Positions 17,660-27,264 of a stretch of DNA of 64,000 nt are shown one piece after another (the stretch's first letter is position 1; the number at the start of each line of letters is the position of its first letter). The notes beneath the pieces are model-generated. The model saw nothing but the letters and a program-made list of their open reading frames with translations, was not told the origin of the DNA and searched no databases. The stretch spans positions 96,001 to 160,000 of the IMG/VR virus record IMGVR_UViG_3300023199_000051; one strand, written 5' to 3'. This stretch comes from a virus. The position numbers and the translations under genes were made by a program.

Positions 17660-20600
17660 GTGCGTGGACTGCAATACCGATTCGACCTGCGTGCGCCTCT
17701 GGTGGACTGGGCCGCCGAGGCCGTGGGAGCCATCCCCGGCTGCAAGGCGACCAAGGCATCGAGCAGCGACACTCCTTACCTGACGGCCTCTGTGTCAGCC
17801 GGGTGGCTGGTACAGCAGCAGCTCGAAGAGTGGGGTGTGCCGCACAGCTGTGAGCTGAAGGTCAAGAAGGCGCCAACGGTTCCCTTCGACCAGCTCGCTG
17901 TCGCACCAGAAGACTTGGAGGAGCTGAAGCCAGCATGGGCCGCCAAGGTCAAGGACTTCCAGCGTCGCGGCCTGGAGTTCCTGCAGCGCCGCCTCGGTGG
18001 ACTGGCGAAGTGGCCCTGCCTGACAGGTGACGCTGAACTGGTTGTCAACCGCGCGGGACGAGGCTTCCGAATGCGGCTGGACGACCTGGTCCACAAGGCC
18101 AACGGAGGGAAGACCAGGGGGAGGGCTTGGGACCTTGGCATACCTACACAGGTGCGCTGCATGGATGATCAAGGCACCATCATCTCAGGCGGGCTGTTGC
18201 GGGCCTTCAAGTCGGGGTCCAAGGAGGTCTTCGAGATCACTGTAGAAGATTCTGATGGGCGGCAACGCAGCTTGAAAACTACTATGGGCCACCGTTTCCT
18301 TACACCGGATGGGGAGAAGCGCCTGCGGGAGCTGGAAGCTGGCCACGAGGTCTACATCGTCGGAGCGAGGAAGAGGAAGCCGCGCGGTAAGCAGGCCGAA
18401 GGCACGCGCAAGAAGTACCTGGTGGTGTCAGCCGTTCACCACCACCCCCACGCTACTTCATGGATGCGACACCGGAAGAACCGCCCGAACCCCTACAAGG
18501 AGTCGCGCGTTCCTCTCCATCGCATCGTGTACGAAGCCCATCTCAGCGGAATCACTACGGAGCAGTTCATTGCGCGAGTGAAGGCGAACGAGCTGGAAGG
18601 ACTCACCTTCGTGGACCCTAGTGTCCATGATGTGCACTACATTGACGGTGATGCAGAAAACAACAGCATCAACAACTTGGAGCTGCTACCCGTTGGTGAT
18701 CACCAGCAGCATCATGCCCAAGAAGGTGCCTGGCGCCGTGTGCTGCCCAAAGCCGTACCGGCCCGTGTGCTTTCCATCGAGCCGAAGGGCATCCAGCCCA
18801 CCTACGACTTGATGATGGCAGGACCGCACCACAACTACGCTGCTAACGACTTCATCGTGCACAACTGCGGAGCAGGAAAGACGTTCCTGGGCATCCTGTT
18901 CAGCTTGTCCTACCCAGGCCGGACCATCATCGTCACAAGGGCATCAACGACGCACCAGTGGGCGGGGCAGTTTCGCAAGTTCTGCCAGGACGGCGCGGTC
19001 AAGGTAGCCGTGCTCGACGGCACGAGAGGGTTCAGGGCCAAGCGAGCACCGAAGCAGACATACACATCGTGGGTCCGCATGCACTTCGAGGCGGAGTCTC
19101 CGGGCCGCATTGCGAGTCTCCGAGAGCAGCGGTCGGAGAGCGGACGGCGCAAGGCCATCACCAAGGCGTTTCGGCGCGTGCTTCGGGCCTTGTTCGAGGC
19201 CGGTCCAGAAGGATGCGCTGTGCGGGATCTACCGGGGTCAAGCGGTGCCGTGAGGAATGCCCTGTCCCGGTTTGAAGATGCGGGCCTGGTCGAGAGGCAC
19301 GACAAGCCAGACAATTCCGCCTGGAAGCCGTGGGTGGTGCGCAGCACCTTCACGGACCGGATCATTTCCTGGCACGATGGCTACGAGGGCCCCATGCTCA
19401 AGTCTGGCGAGGTGACATCGCTGTCCCTCATCGAGCAGGCGGAAGATGCGAAGCCCGCTAAGCGTGCCCACGCGCGAGCGCTGCTCCTCGCGCACAGCAA
19501 CCTCGACCGCAAGCTCATCGCAGATCGGTGCGGCATGAGCCTTGACGGGGTGCTTGATGTTCTAGGCGAGCGAGCAGCAGAAGCGAACGCTGAGATGCGT
19601 GAAGGAGTGCTGGACATCGAGGATGATACTGACGCCGTCGTAGTCGGGTGGCCCGTGCTCACAGCCAGGCGACGCGCGCTCATCAACTGGGGGAAGCAGG
19701 ATGAAGCGCCCCTCACAGTCATCCTCGACGAGAGCCACAACGCCAAGCAGTGGAGCCGCTGGCGTGCAGTCGACGAACCTGACGGGTCGGTGAGCTGGGA
19801 GCCGAAGAGCAACACATCGGCATCTGCCCTCCTGATCTGCGGAGAAGCTGAACGGGTGCTGTGCCTCACGGCAACACCGCAACCCGATCGGACCCGAGAC
19901 CTCTGGGCACAGCTCGATCTCATCGATCCGTGGTCCTTCGGCAAGTTCCGGGTCTACGCGATGCGCTATTGCGGTGCGATGTACAACGAGTACGGCATCG
20001 ACAGCCGCGGCAGTAGCAACCAGGAGGAGCTGCACAAGCGGCTCGGCTTCTACTTCCACATCGTCACCGAGGAGGAGGCCAAGCGCGAGCTGCCGCCCCT
20101 CACGCGCGACATGGTGTGGCTGCCACCGGCCGAGCTGGCTTCGGTCCGCGTCTCCAAGCAGCGATGGATGGCTGCCAAGCGGAGAGGTGCCACCGCACTG
20201 CTGGAGCTGAAGCTGTGCGTCACAGCCGCTATGAAGCACCCGTGGCTGGTGAAGCGTGTCAAGGACTGCATCCTCGATGAAGAGAAAGTCGTGCTGTTCA
20301 GCGGCCGGCGCAACGACGCTGAGAACCTGCTGGTAGCTGTGCAGGGCATGGTAGCGGCTGAGCGCAAGAAGAAGAGGCACGACAGCACTTACGACGACTT
20401 TGAGGTCTGGATGGCGCATGGTGGACAGTCGAACAAGGAGCGTGCCGAGATCCTGAAAGCCTACATCGCACACGACGGGCCGGGGCTCATCATTGGGACC
20501 ATCGACGCTTGGGGGGAAGCCATCGACGGCCTGCAGAGCACGAACCGGGCACTGATCTCCATGCTGCCTTGGAACCACGGCAAGCTCATCCAGCTCGAAG

Positions 20601-20860
20601 GCCGCTTCGACCGCTTGGGGGGCAAGGTGGCCACTACGCTGGAGTACGTGATCGCCGAGATGACGGTCGACGAAGACGTGCTCGACCACGTGGTAGTGAA
20701 GGCGGAAGATGCGGGGGAAGTGCTCGGTGATGGAGAGCTGATCGAGATGAGCGCAGTCCTCGACGGCGTCCAAGACGAAGAAGAGATACTCAAAGGCTTC
20801 GCCGCCAAGCTGCTCGCCGCTGAGAAGAAGCGCAAAGAGAAGAGGGAGCAAGCAGCATGA
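17660..20860 (+). CDS. SNF2-family helicase with an intein in Walker A and an HTH-containing insertion
   Basis: Spliced Walker A LAKWP-CGAGKT; ILDESHNAK (DExH); LCLTATP; LEGRFDRLG. Confidence 0.9.
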   Translation: MRGLQYRFDLRAPLVDWAAEAVGAIPGCKATKASSSDTPYLTASVSAGWLVQQQLEEWGVPHSCELKVKKAPTVPFDQLAVAPEDLEELKPAWAAKVKDFQRRGLEFLQRRLGGLAKWPCLTGDAELVVNRAGRGFRMRLDDLVHKANGGKTRGRAWDLGIPTQVRCMDDQGTIISGGLLRAFKSGSKEVFEITVEDSDGRQRSLKTTMGHRFLTPDGEKRLRELEAGHEVYIVGARKRKPRGKQAEGTRKKYLVVSAVHHHPHATSWMRHRKNRPNPYKESRVPLHRIVYEAHLSGITTEQFIARVKANELEGLTFVDPSVHDVHYIDGDAENNSINNLELLPVGDHQQHHAQEGAWRRVLPKAVPARVLSIEPKGIQPTYDLMMAGPHHNYAANDFIVHNCGAGKTFLGILFSLSYPGRTIIVTRASTTHQWAGQFRKFCQDGAVKVAVLDGTRGFRAKRAPKQTYTSWVRMHFEAESPGRIASLREQRSESGRRKAITKAFRRVLRALFEAGPEGCAVRDLPGSSGAVRNALSRFEDAGLVERHDKPDNSAWKPWVVRSTFTDRIISWHDGYEGPMLKSGEVTSLSLIEQAEDAKPAKRAHARALLLAHSNLDRKLIADRCGMSLDGVLDVLGERAAEANAEMREGVLDIEDDTDAVVVGWPVLTARRRALINWGKQDEAPLTVILDESHNAKQWSRWRAVDEPDGSVSWEPKSNTSASALLICGEAERVLCLTATPQPDRTRDLWAQLDLIDPWSFGKFRVYAMRYCGAMYNEYGIDSRGSSNQEELHKRLGFYFHIVTEEEAKRELPPLTRDMVWLPPAELASVRVSKQRWMAAKRRGATALLELKLCVTAAMKHPWLVKRVKDCILDEEKVVLFSGRRNDAENLLVAVQGMVAAERKKKRHDSTYDDFEVWMAHGGQSNKERAEILKAYIAHDGPGLIIGTIDAWGEAIDGLQSTNRALISMLPWNHGKLIQLEGRFDRLGGKVATTLEYVIAEMTVDEDVLDHVVVKAEDAGEVLGDGELIEMSAVLDGVQDEEEILKGFAAKLLAAEKKRKEKREQAA
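18017..18865 (+). mobile_element. Intein (283 aa) with an HNH-type endonuclease domain
   Basis: Begins CLTGD and ends FIVHN, with a +1 Cys. Internal LHRIVY...HYIDGDAENNSINNLEL. Confidence 0.9.
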
Positions 20861-20956
20861 GACATCTCCTCCACAAGCACGTCTGCCTGTACCGCATCGA
20901 CATCGGCTTAGGGCTCGTCGCCTTCACCCTCTTCTACACTGCGGCTGAGGTGTACT

Positions 20957-21604
20957 GTGCCACGCCCTGACATCGACCTTGACGATCCGCACTATCCCGA
21001 GCCCCAGGTCATTCCGATGGGTGCTGGGCGCTGCCACGTCGACAATGGAGCTGTAACCATCTGGGTAGCTGGTGCGGACGAGGGCATCGAGGTGGTCGAG
21101 GGAGACCTCATCGAGGCCTGCATCACCGAGCTGGTGGACAGTGAAGAGGACGTGCGTCGTCGCTACCGCGCCATGAAGCACGGCCCTCGCCCAGAAAAGC
21201 CGCGAGCTGAGTGGCTGGGCGGTTGGATGTCCTGTGCCTTCGACCCCCCGCTCGACAAGCCCCACTTCATGGCGGCTCGCGCACGGTACTACCAGGTGCT
21301 CCAGACAGGCATGTGGTTGCGGCGTGTAGGATCTGGGTGTGCGCTGCGCCAGCTTGACATCCCCGAGCTGGAGAAGGGCACATGCTGGGGCCCCGTCCGA
21401 GCAACCGACTTCCGAGGGACGCCCTGCTCTTGGATGCTGGGATACGTCTGGCAGATCCGCAAAGGCGTCTACCTACTGGCCGAGCCATACGAGCAGCTGC
21501 CAAGCGGCTTTCGCCACCACAACCTCTCAACAGGACCCTGGCGCTTCACCTTCGAGGGTGAGCCGGCCGTGACCACCTTCGAGACCATTCGGGAGCAGAC
21601 ATGA
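20957..21604 (+). CDS. Hypothetical protein
   Basis: 215-aa ORF in a co-oriented chain with an ATGA overlap. Confidence 0.6.
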   Translation: MPRPDIDLDDPHYPEPQVIPMGAGRCHVDNGAVTIWVAGADEGIEVVEGDLIEACITELVDSEEDVRRRYRAMKHGPRPEKPRAEWLGGWMSCAFDPPLDKPHFMAARARYYQVLQTGMWLRRVGSGCALRQLDIPELEKGTCWGPVRATDFRGTPCSWMLGYVWQIRKGVYLLAEPYEQLPSGFRHHNLSTGPWRFTFEGEPAVTTFETIREQT

Positions 21605-21990
21605 GACGACGCCGACCCCCTGGCGCCACACCTATGCTCGGTGGGGGCCCCCCTCAGCGCTCCCTGCCACCTCCACTCTGCCCAGAGTGCGGGGCTGCCG
21701 CAAAGATAGCACCTGGCTCAGCCCGTGTAGGTACGCCGACCATCGCAGCGTGCTCCCAGTGTGGGATCACCTTCCAGGCCACGTTGACCTGGCAGCTGCC
21801 CGAGCGGGCAACAGCTGAGGCTGCACTCAAGCCTCAAGATAACGACTGCGACGACGGCACTCGGAAGGCGGTAGCAGCTATGATCAACGTGCTCGAAGGC
21901 CACGCACACTTCCACCCCCAGGATCGGATCAAGGGCTGCGTCGTGTGCCAAGCCATCATGAAGGGCGAAGCGGTTCTTCAGCAGCTGTAG
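21601..21990 (+). CDS. Small Zn-finger-like protein
   Basis: CPEC...CSQC and CVVC motifs. Confidence 0.55.
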   Translation: MRRRRPPGATPMLGGGPPQRSLPPPLCPECGAAAKIAPGSARVGTPTIAACSQCGITFQATLTWQLPERATAEAALKPQDNDCDDGTRKAVAAMINVLEGHAHFHPQDRIKGCVVCQAIMKGEAVLQQL

Positions 21991-22007
21991 CGATCAAGGA
22001 GAACACC

Positions 22008-22451
22008 ATGAAGATTGAAGAGGCACGTGCAGTGATGCAAGGAGCACTGCCAGGGTGGACCGTCGTCTGGGAAGGAGGACGCCTGTTGTACCGAGCTGCA
22101 GCTCCCAACTATGCAGAAACCGGGCTGGTGGTGGAGGGCTGCAACGTAGAGGACGTCGTCGCGCGCGTTCGGGCTGTAGAGGAGCGCCTCAGCGGAGAAG
22201 CAAGTGCTCCCATCGAGAAGGGCATTCCAACCAATGGGGGCGGCAAGCCGATCATGGGAACGCTGCCCGCCGACCCGGACGACACGGCCGAGCAGGTCCG
22301 GCGCACGGTCAGCCGCTCCCTGACGAGGAGCGATGCTGTGTCACAAGGCTTCACCGGAGAGACGTGCGTGAGGTGCGGCTCTATGGAGATGCAGAAGACC
22401 GGCACATGCTCTACATGCGTGGCCTGCGGTACTACATCAGGGTGCAGCTAG
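22008..22451 (+). CDS. Small protein ending in an NrdJ-type C-terminal Zn ribbon
   Basis: Start reassigned to ATG 22008 (AAGGAG RBS). Ends GFTGETCVRCGSMEMQKTGTCSTCVACGTTSGCS. Confidence 0.7.
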   Translation: MKIEEARAVMQGALPGWTVVWEGGRLLYRAAAPNYAETGLVVEGCNVEDVVARVRAVEERLSGEASAPIEKGIPTNGGGKPIMGTLPADPDDTAEQVRRTVSRSLTRSDAVSQGFTGETCVRCGSMEMQKTGTCSTCVACGTTSGCS

Positions 22452-22555
22452 CAGCGAAGCCATGCACGATTGTATCCATTCAACCTTGTCTATCAGTGGG
22501 TGTGCGCAGTACGCACGGCGACAGTTTAAGTTGACGGTGTAGCCTGGAGGCATCT

Positions 22556-23623
22556 TTGCGACTCATCTTCTTCTCTGTGGTTCTGCTCGTCGGCAGTGCA
22601 TGCCGCGTCGACGACGGCGACTTCGACACCGGCACCCTCGACACGGCGTCCTTCGGGATTCCCGACGACACCGGCACCGACACCGGCACCGACGACACTG
22701 GCACCGACGTCCCGCTCGACACCATCGACGCCGACGGGGACGGCTACAGCCCAGCCGAAGGCGACTGCGATGACAGCAAGTCCGCGCTGAACCCGGCCGC
22801 GACGGACCAGGTGGGGGACGGCATCGACCAGAACTGCGACGGCGCGGACGGCTTCGACGGTGACGGTGACGGCTCTGCTTCTCCCGCTTCGGGTGGTGAC
22901 GACTGCGACGACGCCGAGCCCGCAAGCTACCCCAGCAACACCGAGGCGTGCTTCGACGGCATCGACAACGACTGCGACTTGAGCACCAAGGACGACGACT
23001 GCGACCAGGACGGAGCCGGCGCGGACGTCGACTGCGACGACAACGACCCGACCGTGCCAACCACCGAGATCCCGTACAACGGCATCGACGAGAACTGCTC
23101 GGGTTCGGACCTCACCGATGTGGACGGTGACGGCTTCGACGGTGACACCGGACCCGACTGCGACGACGACAACGAGGACGTCTACCCCGGAGCCTGGGAC
23201 GGCTGCAACGGCGTCGACGACGACTGCGACGGCGTGGTCGACGGCGGCACGAACCCCGACCCCGTGAGTCAGGCACCGGGCGTCAGCAGCATGACGGCCG
23301 TCGACGACCCCGTGAACGACGTGTGGGTGGTCACAATCGAGAGCTACGACGTGAACTTCGACCAGTCGTCCGTCGAGCTGTGGTGGTACACGGGGTGGCA
23401 GAGTGCTGGTGGTACCGACGTCCCTATCACTGCCAATGCCACCTACGCGCTGCCCGCCGACACCGTGAGCATGGACGTGTGCGCCATCGTCATCGAGATC
23501 CCGTACGACTGCGCGGAGGATGTGGCTGGCACAGTGATCACGCTGCATGATCTGCGAGATGCGGATGGGAACGTGTATAGCGGGCCGAAGTGGGCAAACG
23601 TCACGCGGCCGGAGGGGTGCTGA
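22556..23623 (+). CDS. Lipoprotein with four MopE-related putative metal-binding repeats
   Basis: TTG with a GGAGG RBS. Signal peptide MRLIFFSVVLLVGSAC, a DTG-rich linker, and four DGDG..DCDD..(Y/N)P..GID.NCDG-type repeats. Confidence 0.85.
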   Translation: MRLIFFSVVLLVGSACRVDDGDFDTGTLDTASFGIPDDTGTDTGTDDTGTDVPLDTIDADGDGYSPAEGDCDDSKSALNPAATDQVGDGIDQNCDGADGFDGDGDGSASPASGGDDCDDAEPASYPSNTEACFDGIDNDCDLSTKDDDCDQDGAGADVDCDDNDPTVPTTEIPYNGIDENCSGSDLTDVDGDGFDGDTGPDCDDDNEDVYPGAWDGCNGVDDDCDGVVDGGTNPDPVSQAPGVSSMTAVDDPVNDVWVVTIESYDVNFDQSSVELWWYTGWQSAGGTDVPITANATYALPADTVSMDVCAIVIEIPYDCAEDVAGTVITLHDLRDADGNVYSGPKWANVTRPEGC

Positions 23624-23624
23624 C

Positions 23625-23969
23625 GTGCCCACGACGCGTGTCTGCCTCAAGACCCAGACCTTCGAGGTGTACATCGGGCGGAAGGAGTGGTGCCCTAGCG
23701 ACTGGGACGGCCCTGGTGCTGACGGCACCTTCGGCAATCCGGTGGGCACGGTAGACCGCTTCGAGGACTACTTCCACGGCCGGCTCCAGCGGGATCCGGC
23801 CTTCCGGGCTGAAGTCGAGGGGCTGCGAGGGAAGCACCTGGGGTGCTTCTGTCGGGCAGGCAAGCGCTGCCACGGTGACGTGATCATCGAGCACCTGGAT
23901 GGAGCTGAAAGCGCGAGCGACGAGGACGTGATTGCTGCCATGGCACGTCGCCTACGAGAGCAGGCGTGA
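23625..23969 (+). CDS. DUF4326-family protein
   Basis: VYIGR...FGNP...LRGKHLGCFC...CHGDVI; GTG start with a GGAGG RBS. Confidence 0.85.
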   Translation: MPTTRVCLKTQTFEVYIGRKEWCPSDWDGPGADGTFGNPVGTVDRFEDYFHGRLQRDPAFRAEVEGLRGKHLGCFCRAGKRCHGDVIIEHLDGAESASDEDVIAAMARRLREQA

Positions 23970-24059
23970 AGGTCTGTTGCACGGTGTGCACACCTGCGCT
24001 ACGCTGAACAGGTACAGGCCTTCTACACCCGAAGAAGAACTACTGCAGGAGCTACCCAC

Positions 24060-25562
24060 ATGACTGCTACTGGTAAGTCCACGCCCCTCTCACCGGGCCC
24101 CGATCTCGGCAACCCGTGGTGGGCCCCCCAAGCCAGCTTGCCGCGGCCGTACACGGCTGTGCTGCTTCGCTGCAAGATACCAATCGGAGTGGAAGGGGCT
24201 CCTCAGGCAGAGTCTCGCCCTCAGGATGAAACAAGGCCCGTCACCGTGTGTTCGGTGGCCTACTTCGATGGCTCATGGAAGTCGCTGGCCTCATTCAAGG
24301 CTGTCACAGGCACCCCTGTTGCGTGGAAGCGGCTTCCATCTCCCGGCATGATCGTCTCCGGCTCGTACGGAGTGGGGTGGGAACCCCTCCAGTGGAAGCC
24401 GACTATGGGTGAGTGGGGCACATTCAGGAACCAGAGGTTCAGGGCCCAGAACCCCGACATCCAAGGCGTGCCGGGAGGCTGCCCCTTGGACTGGATGCCC
24501 TACTCCGGGACACCTCGGTCAGAGGACGCGGATCCTCAATGGTACACGGACTTCAGCGCTATCCCTACCTCTCAGTCTGAGGACCACTACGTTGAAGTGC
24601 TCTACAAGGACAAGGTCAACAGGGGCTTCGGGCGCTTCACCTGTTCTGAGGTCTGGGGCCGGAGCAAGAAGGCCCAAAAGACTGGAAGAGGCATCTGGCA
24701 CACCACTACTGTCGAGAGCGGCAGCTTCGTTCTTCTCGCCTGGAGGTTCGCCACGGCACGCAGTGCAGCCAAGGAAGTCGAGACCGTACCGACTTCAGAG
24801 CGCCGCAAGCCAGCTGGGATGCAGCCGAGCCCTCAAGAGGCGGAGGAGCCACGCGTGCTTACTGCGCCTCGACCGCCGGCCACCAGCTCTACCGCGAACG
24901 GCGCAGATCCGGGCATCCGGGAGCTGTACACGGCAACCTACCGCGCTTCGGTGCTGGAGCTGATCAACAACATGACGACGCAGAACGCAGCGCGGACATC
25001 GGCGCAGATCGCACGGTTGTCGATGGCGAACCGCAAGCTGCTGGCGCTGTTCGGGGAGCACACGTTCCCCGAAGAAGAGCTGATGTCCCCTAGAGAGCGG
25101 CGGCGACGGAAGCGCATGCAGACGTTCGGGAAGAAGTCGCGCGAGACCATGGGCGTCAAGGCGCTGCAGGAGATCATCGGCGCCGTTGCGCAGACCAGAA
25201 AGCCGGCAGAGCTTCAGACGCTGGTGCGCACGCTCAAGGACATGGATGACGCTGATGACGCCAGTGGCACCATGGCCGAAGCACGGAAGAAGATCGAAGG
25301 CCAGGTCAGCAAGCTCTCCGATGAGATCACGCGGGGCTCCTCCGAGACAGACGTGCGCAAGGTGGCCGACAGCGCCGCACGGGCGATGAGCAGAGGGCTC
25401 AGTCCAGACGAGCAGGAGCTGGGGGTCGGTATGTACATGTCTGGTAGTCAGGAAGGCGCCCTCGGAGCGGATACCTTCGGCAACGACCCCGAAGCGGATA
25501 CCTTCGGCAACGACCTCATCACCGCCGACCCCCTCGATGACGATCCTCTCTTGTCTTTCTAG
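24060..25562 (+). CDS. Hypothetical protein, 500 aa
   Basis: Long ORF with a Trp-rich N-half and a helical C-half. A 23-bp ADTFGND repeat sits at 25466 and 25493. Confidence 0.7.
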   Translation: MTATGKSTPLSPGPDLGNPWWAPQASLPRPYTAVLLRCKIPIGVEGAPQAESRPQDETRPVTVCSVAYFDGSWKSLASFKAVTGTPVAWKRLPSPGMIVSGSYGVGWEPLQWKPTMGEWGTFRNQRFRAQNPDIQGVPGGCPLDWMPYSGTPRSEDADPQWYTDFSAIPTSQSEDHYVEVLYKDKVNRGFGRFTCSEVWGRSKKAQKTGRGIWHTTTVESGSFVLLAWRFATARSAAKEVETVPTSERRKPAGMQPSPQEAEEPRVLTAPRPPATSSTANGADPGIRELYTATYRASVLELINNMTTQNAARTSAQIARLSMANRKLLALFGEHTFPEEELMSPRERRRRKRMQTFGKKSRETMGVKALQEIIGAVAQTRKPAELQTLVRTLKDMDDADDASGTMAEARKKIEGQVSKLSDEITRGSSETDVRKVADSAARAMSRGLSPDEQELGVGMYMSGSQEGALGADTFGNDPEADTFGNDLITADPLDDDPLLSF

Positions 25563-25571
25563 GAGACCCCT

Positions 25572-26606
25572 ATGGCAATCGACAACTGGCACATCCCTTC
25601 ATGGACAGGCGACTTCGAGCTGCAGCGCGTCGAGGGGGAGGACAGCAAGTGCAAGCTCGTGGTGGAGGATCCGACACCCGCCGAACAGGCCAAGCTCGGG
25701 AAGTTCCTACGCCGCTGCAGGCAATACAAGTGGATCGACGACCTGGCCGGCATCGCCAACGAGGGACGAACCGAGCTGAAGATCGGCAGCGGCATCGCCA
25801 AGTGCGGCAAGTACCTGGTCGATGAGACGATGCCGGATCGGGGACGCCTCACGGCCATCCGCAGCAAGAGCGGCACGCTGGTGCTCGTGACGACCAGCGA
25901 TGACCCCAACGAGGCCGAGAAGGTCGAGGAGGCAGCCAGTAAGCCAGAAGCCGAGACGGCCGTGACGGCGAAGCGTCCGACGAAGTGCTGCCCGCATCCC
26001 ATCGAAGGCCCTCTGGTGCGGTCATCGAAGGTGCTACGCAAGTTCTGCACACCGCGGCAGTGGTCAGACTGGTGCGAGAAGGGATGGCTCATCGCCTACG
26101 GGCACCTCTCGGGCCACGCCTACCGCATCGTGCACCGCCACCACCCAGCCGCTGCTGTCCAAGGGAAGATCTGCTGGGACCTCGACGACAGCCAAGTGCT
26201 GCACGCTCACGACAACAGCGTGCCTCCGGCTGAGGAGGTGCTGACCTTCAAGCTCATCCTGGAGAACATCGAGCCGTGGCTTCGGTGCCGTGCGACCGGG
26301 TTCGGGCCGAAGCGCTGGAAGCCCGCAAGCATCGGCTTCGTTGATCCTTCGGACACTGGGTTCCTCGAAGGTACCTGGGATGCAGGCATGATTGCAGGCC
26401 TCAGCGATGCTCTACAAGGCTTCCAGGCCGGCACACAGGTGAGGGAGGTACTGCAGGGACGACGTAGCTTCGGGGATATCGACCCCGACGCCCTGGAGAC
26501 GGCCGCACGTGACCTCGGCGGTCTGGTCGATCTGGTGCTTGGTGACCGAAGGCCAAGATGGAAGAGGGGCCCTGTGTACGCTCAAGGCGTGTACGAGTCG
26601 GAGTGA
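25572..26606 (+). CDS. Hypothetical protein
   Basis: 344-aa ORF, AGGAG RBS, strongly biased codon usage. Confidence 0.75.
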   Translation: MAIDNWHIPSWTGDFELQRVEGEDSKCKLVVEDPTPAEQAKLGKFLRRCRQYKWIDDLAGIANEGRTELKIGSGIAKCGKYLVDETMPDRGRLTAIRSKSGTLVLVTTSDDPNEAEKVEEAASKPEAETAVTAKRPTKCCPHPIEGPLVRSSKVLRKFCTPRQWSDWCEKGWLIAYGHLSGHAYRIVHRHHPAAAVQGKICWDLDDSQVLHAHDNSVPPAEEVLTFKLILENIEPWLRCRATGFGPKRWKPASIGFVDPSDTGFLEGTWDAGMIAGLSDALQGFQAGTQVREVLQGRRSFGDIDPDALETAARDLGGLVDLVLGDRRPRWKRGPVYAQGVYESE

Positions 26607-26962
26607 TATTCTACGTTTTCTATGCGCTCATCGCCTCGTTCCTGGCAGCCGCTATGGGCACAGTGGTCTCCTTCCAGGTAACCAAGCACCGCCAGAACCT
26701 ACTCCAGCAGCAGCCAGCTGCTGGGGATCTGTGGAGGCTACGTGGCTGGGGTGTCGTGCAGATCATCGACGTGTACGACCATCCAACCGAGGGGGCCGAG
26801 GTGCAGCATGTCGCCTTCCAGGTTGAAGGGTCGCCCCGGTGGCACTGGATAGGACATGCTGCCTTTCAGGTGCATGCCGATCCTACCCCTTACATCGAGA
26901 CCCGTCACACACACCCATTCCGCCGTCGCATAGAGCGGCAGCGGAGGAGGCATGGACGATGA
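26603..26962 (+). CDS. Small protein with an N-terminal TM helix
   Basis: GTGA overlap with the previous stop; hydrophobic IFYVFYALIASFLAAAMG. Confidence 0.55.
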   Translation: MIFYVFYALIASFLAAAMGTVVSFQVTKHRQNLLQQQPAAGDLWRLRGWGVVQIIDVYDHPTEGAEVQHVAFQVEGSPRWHWIGHAAFQVHADPTPYIETRHTHPFRRRIERQRRRHGR

Positions 26963-27264
26963 GCAGTCCAGAGAGATTTGCCACGCATCGGCCACCTCGA
27001 CAGCTGTACAGCGAGGTGAGTGCGCCTCATGATGAGTACGGACTTGGAGAGGGGTCAAGCGGCGTGATCCGCTGCTCGACTGTCATGGGGCACACCGTCG
27101 CCGTGATCTCGTTCCCGCAAGGCAGCGGGAACACCTTGACACCCTTCTGCGTCGTCGTCCCTGGAGAGCGGGCCCTGCATCCGTTCTTCGTGACCACCTA
27201 CCACGGCCAGGTGACTGGCATCGACGGCGACTTGAGCAAACTCATGAACCTGCTGGAGAGCTAA
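26959..27264 (+). CDS. Hypothetical protein
   Basis: ATGA overlap; GGAGG upstream. Confidence 0.55.
   Translation: MSSPERFATHRPPRQLYSEVSAPHDEYGLGEGSSGVIRCSTVMGHTVAVISFPQGSGNTLTPFCVVVPGERALHPFFVTTYHGQVTGIDGDLSKLMNLLES

Noticed and set aside
19562-20851. Long antisense or alternate-frame ORFs (e.g. 19562-20851, 47326-49086, 5864-7270, 1922-3184, 22526-23749)
   Set aside because: They are shadow frames of strongly GC3-biased genes on the other strand and carry no motifs or RBS of their own.
22008-22451. Ribonucleotide reductase gene
   Set aside because: It is only 147 aa and only the terminal Zn ribbon matches; there is no catalytic barrel.
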